Of a stretch of DNA of 64,000 nt, positions 62,390 to 64,000 are shown piece after piece (position 1 is the first letter of the stretch; each line of letters opens with the position of its first letter). Source of the DNA: Octopus sinensis (lineage: Eukaryota). Position numbers and translations under genes: made by a program. Under the pieces are notes generated by a model. The model made no database searches, was not told the origin of the DNA, and was given only the letters and a program-made list of their open reading frames with translations. The DNA is taken from contig NC_043002.1 of assembly GCF_006345805.1 (NCBI RefSeq), positions 77,066,001 to 77,130,000 of the forward strand, given 5' to 3'.

Positions 62390-64000
62390 AGGTCTGGCGA
62401 GATAGTCGAGATGCTTGAACGGAGACGTGTTGATGTATGTTGTATGCAAGAAATAAGGTGGAGAGGAGGATCTGCTAGGGTCCTCACAGGCAAGGAACAC
62501 AGGTACAAGATTTTCTGGGCAGGGAACACTGACGGGGTTGGTGGCGTGGGTATACTTATCGCTGAGAAATGGATAGATAGAGTAATTGAGGTAATCAGAG
62601 TAAGTGACAGAATACTTAAGATTAGAATAGTGCTTCATAATAGATTAGCAACCATTATATCGGCCTATGCCCCTCAGCCAGGGCTACCCGATGGACAGAA
62701 AGAGAAAGACAGTCTATGACACCCTACTGCAGACCACCTCATCGACGAACGACAGGGACCTTCTCTTGTGGCTGGTGATTTCAATGGGCATGTTGGACGA
62801 CATGCTGGGGGCTTCCATGGCGTACATGGAGGCTACGGTTATGGTTCCCGCAATGAGGAGGGAACCAGGCTACTGGAGTTCTGCGATGCGAATAGTCTTA
62901 TGGTCTGAAACACTAACTTCAGGAAACCAACAAGCCACTGGTCACCTACGATCGGGCGGCATACTAGCCAAATCGACTACATCTTGCCAAGAAAAAGGAA
63001 AGATGGCTGCTTATAAATGCCAAAACCTTCCCAGGCGAAAATGCACCCCACAACATAGACTGGTAGTTAGGACTTTAGGATCAGGACTAAGAGGGCGACT
63101 AGAAGACGACCAACATGGAGAAGAAGGGTCTGGAAGCTTAAAGCCCCTGCGAATGGACAGAGATTTAGAGATATGTTACTTGAAGCCTTTGACGAAGTGG
63201 AAGGGGGTATAGCTACACATGGGGTAGAAGACAACTGGACGTTTCTGAGGGACAACCTGCTGAAAGCCGCTGACCAGATCTGTGGCTGGTGCAAAGTCCC
63301 CTTAAGACCCAAAATACGTGGTGGTGGAACAATATTGTTGACAGGGCTATTAGACAAAAGAAACAGGCTTGGAAGGCCTGGAAGAACGGTGGTAGCAGGG
63401 AAGGGTATCAGACGCCAGAAGGGAAGCTAGGAGACAGGTCTATCTAGCCAGAGGGGAAGCAGATAAGAGAAAATTTGCCAATGTCCTGCGCCGTGAGGAT
63501 GAAAGACTTGAGGTATTTCGTGTTGCAAGACAGGTGTGAGAGAGAATCGTGATGTGGTAGGAGAGAAATGTGTTCGCATGGAGGATGGTTCACTTGCGCT
63601 AAATGAGGATGCAAAGAGAGAAGCTTGGAGACGCCACTATGAAAGGTTACTGAATGAGGAAAATGAATGGGATAAAGAGAGTCTGCCGAATGTTGACCCT
63701 ACAGAGGGACCAGCTATCCGAGTTGATAGTTCCGTGGTAGCTAAGGCAATTAGAAGCATGAAGACGGGAAAGCCCCAGGCCCATCAGGAATTACTGCAGA
63801 GATGCTCAAAATATGGCAGTGTCGGCTATAACCTAGTCACCCGTATAGTCAACCAGGTGATACACGAAGGAGTCATACCCAATGACTGGTGCAGCAGTCA
63901 CCCGTATAGTCAACCAGGTGATACACGAAGGAGTCATACCCAATGACTGGTGCAGCAGCATACTAGTCAACTGCTACAAGGTAAAGGTGATGCCTAGATA
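62390..64000 (+). mobile_element. RTE-clade LINE: APE endonuclease, linker and start of RT; frameshifted and truncated by the window end
   Basis: RSGEIVEMLERRRVDVCCMQEIRW..GVGILIAEKW..IISAYAPQ, GDFNGHVG..RNEEGTRLLEFC, SQIDYI, PQHRLVV, TWWWN, WRRHYERLLN, KAIRSMKTGK, IPNDWCSS..KGKGDA, read across successive frames. Confidence 0.95.

Noticed and set aside
62300-62390. 5' self-cleaving (HDV-like or twister) ribozyme expected at RTE 5' ends
   Set aside because: The element appears 5'-truncated at about the start of the endonuclease; upstream DNA is AT-rich with no such fold.

Overview
AT-rich, repeat-saturated animal genomic DNA. The SINE and RTE-LINE families look to me like those of octopus (coleoid cephalopod) genomes; this is recognition from memory, not a database result. 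I could not confidently identify a host protein-coding gene, so the window is probably intronic or intergenic, and most listed ORFs are microsatellite read-throughs. Supportable content: (1) an almost full-length but dead hAT (Charlie/ZBED5-SCAND3-type) transposase on the minus strand (~7000-9192), split by two SINEs with target-site duplications (TSDs); (2) a young-looking RTE-clade LINE running off the right edge (62390-64000), broken almost entirely by 1-bp deletions; (3) many 5'-truncated RTE 3' ends with (GAT)n tails; (4) a mariner transposase C-terminus with one terminal inverted repeat (TIR); (5) piggyBac-, hAT- and mariner-type MITEs and a non-autonomous Helitron; (6) dozens of tRNA-derived SINEs of about five families; (7) long microsatellites. 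The most interesting signal is a set of short (~150-250 bp) microsatellite-associated elements, each carrying a minimal type I hammerhead-ribozyme core with an extra A (33611, 34351, and an inverted pair at 47668-47942). They resemble solo Penelope pseudo-LTRs or retrozymes. Also notable: pseudoknot-like tandem units in the RTE 3' UTR, a 50-bp palindrome apparently made by template switching at a SINE end, and repeated same-site tandem SINE insertions.
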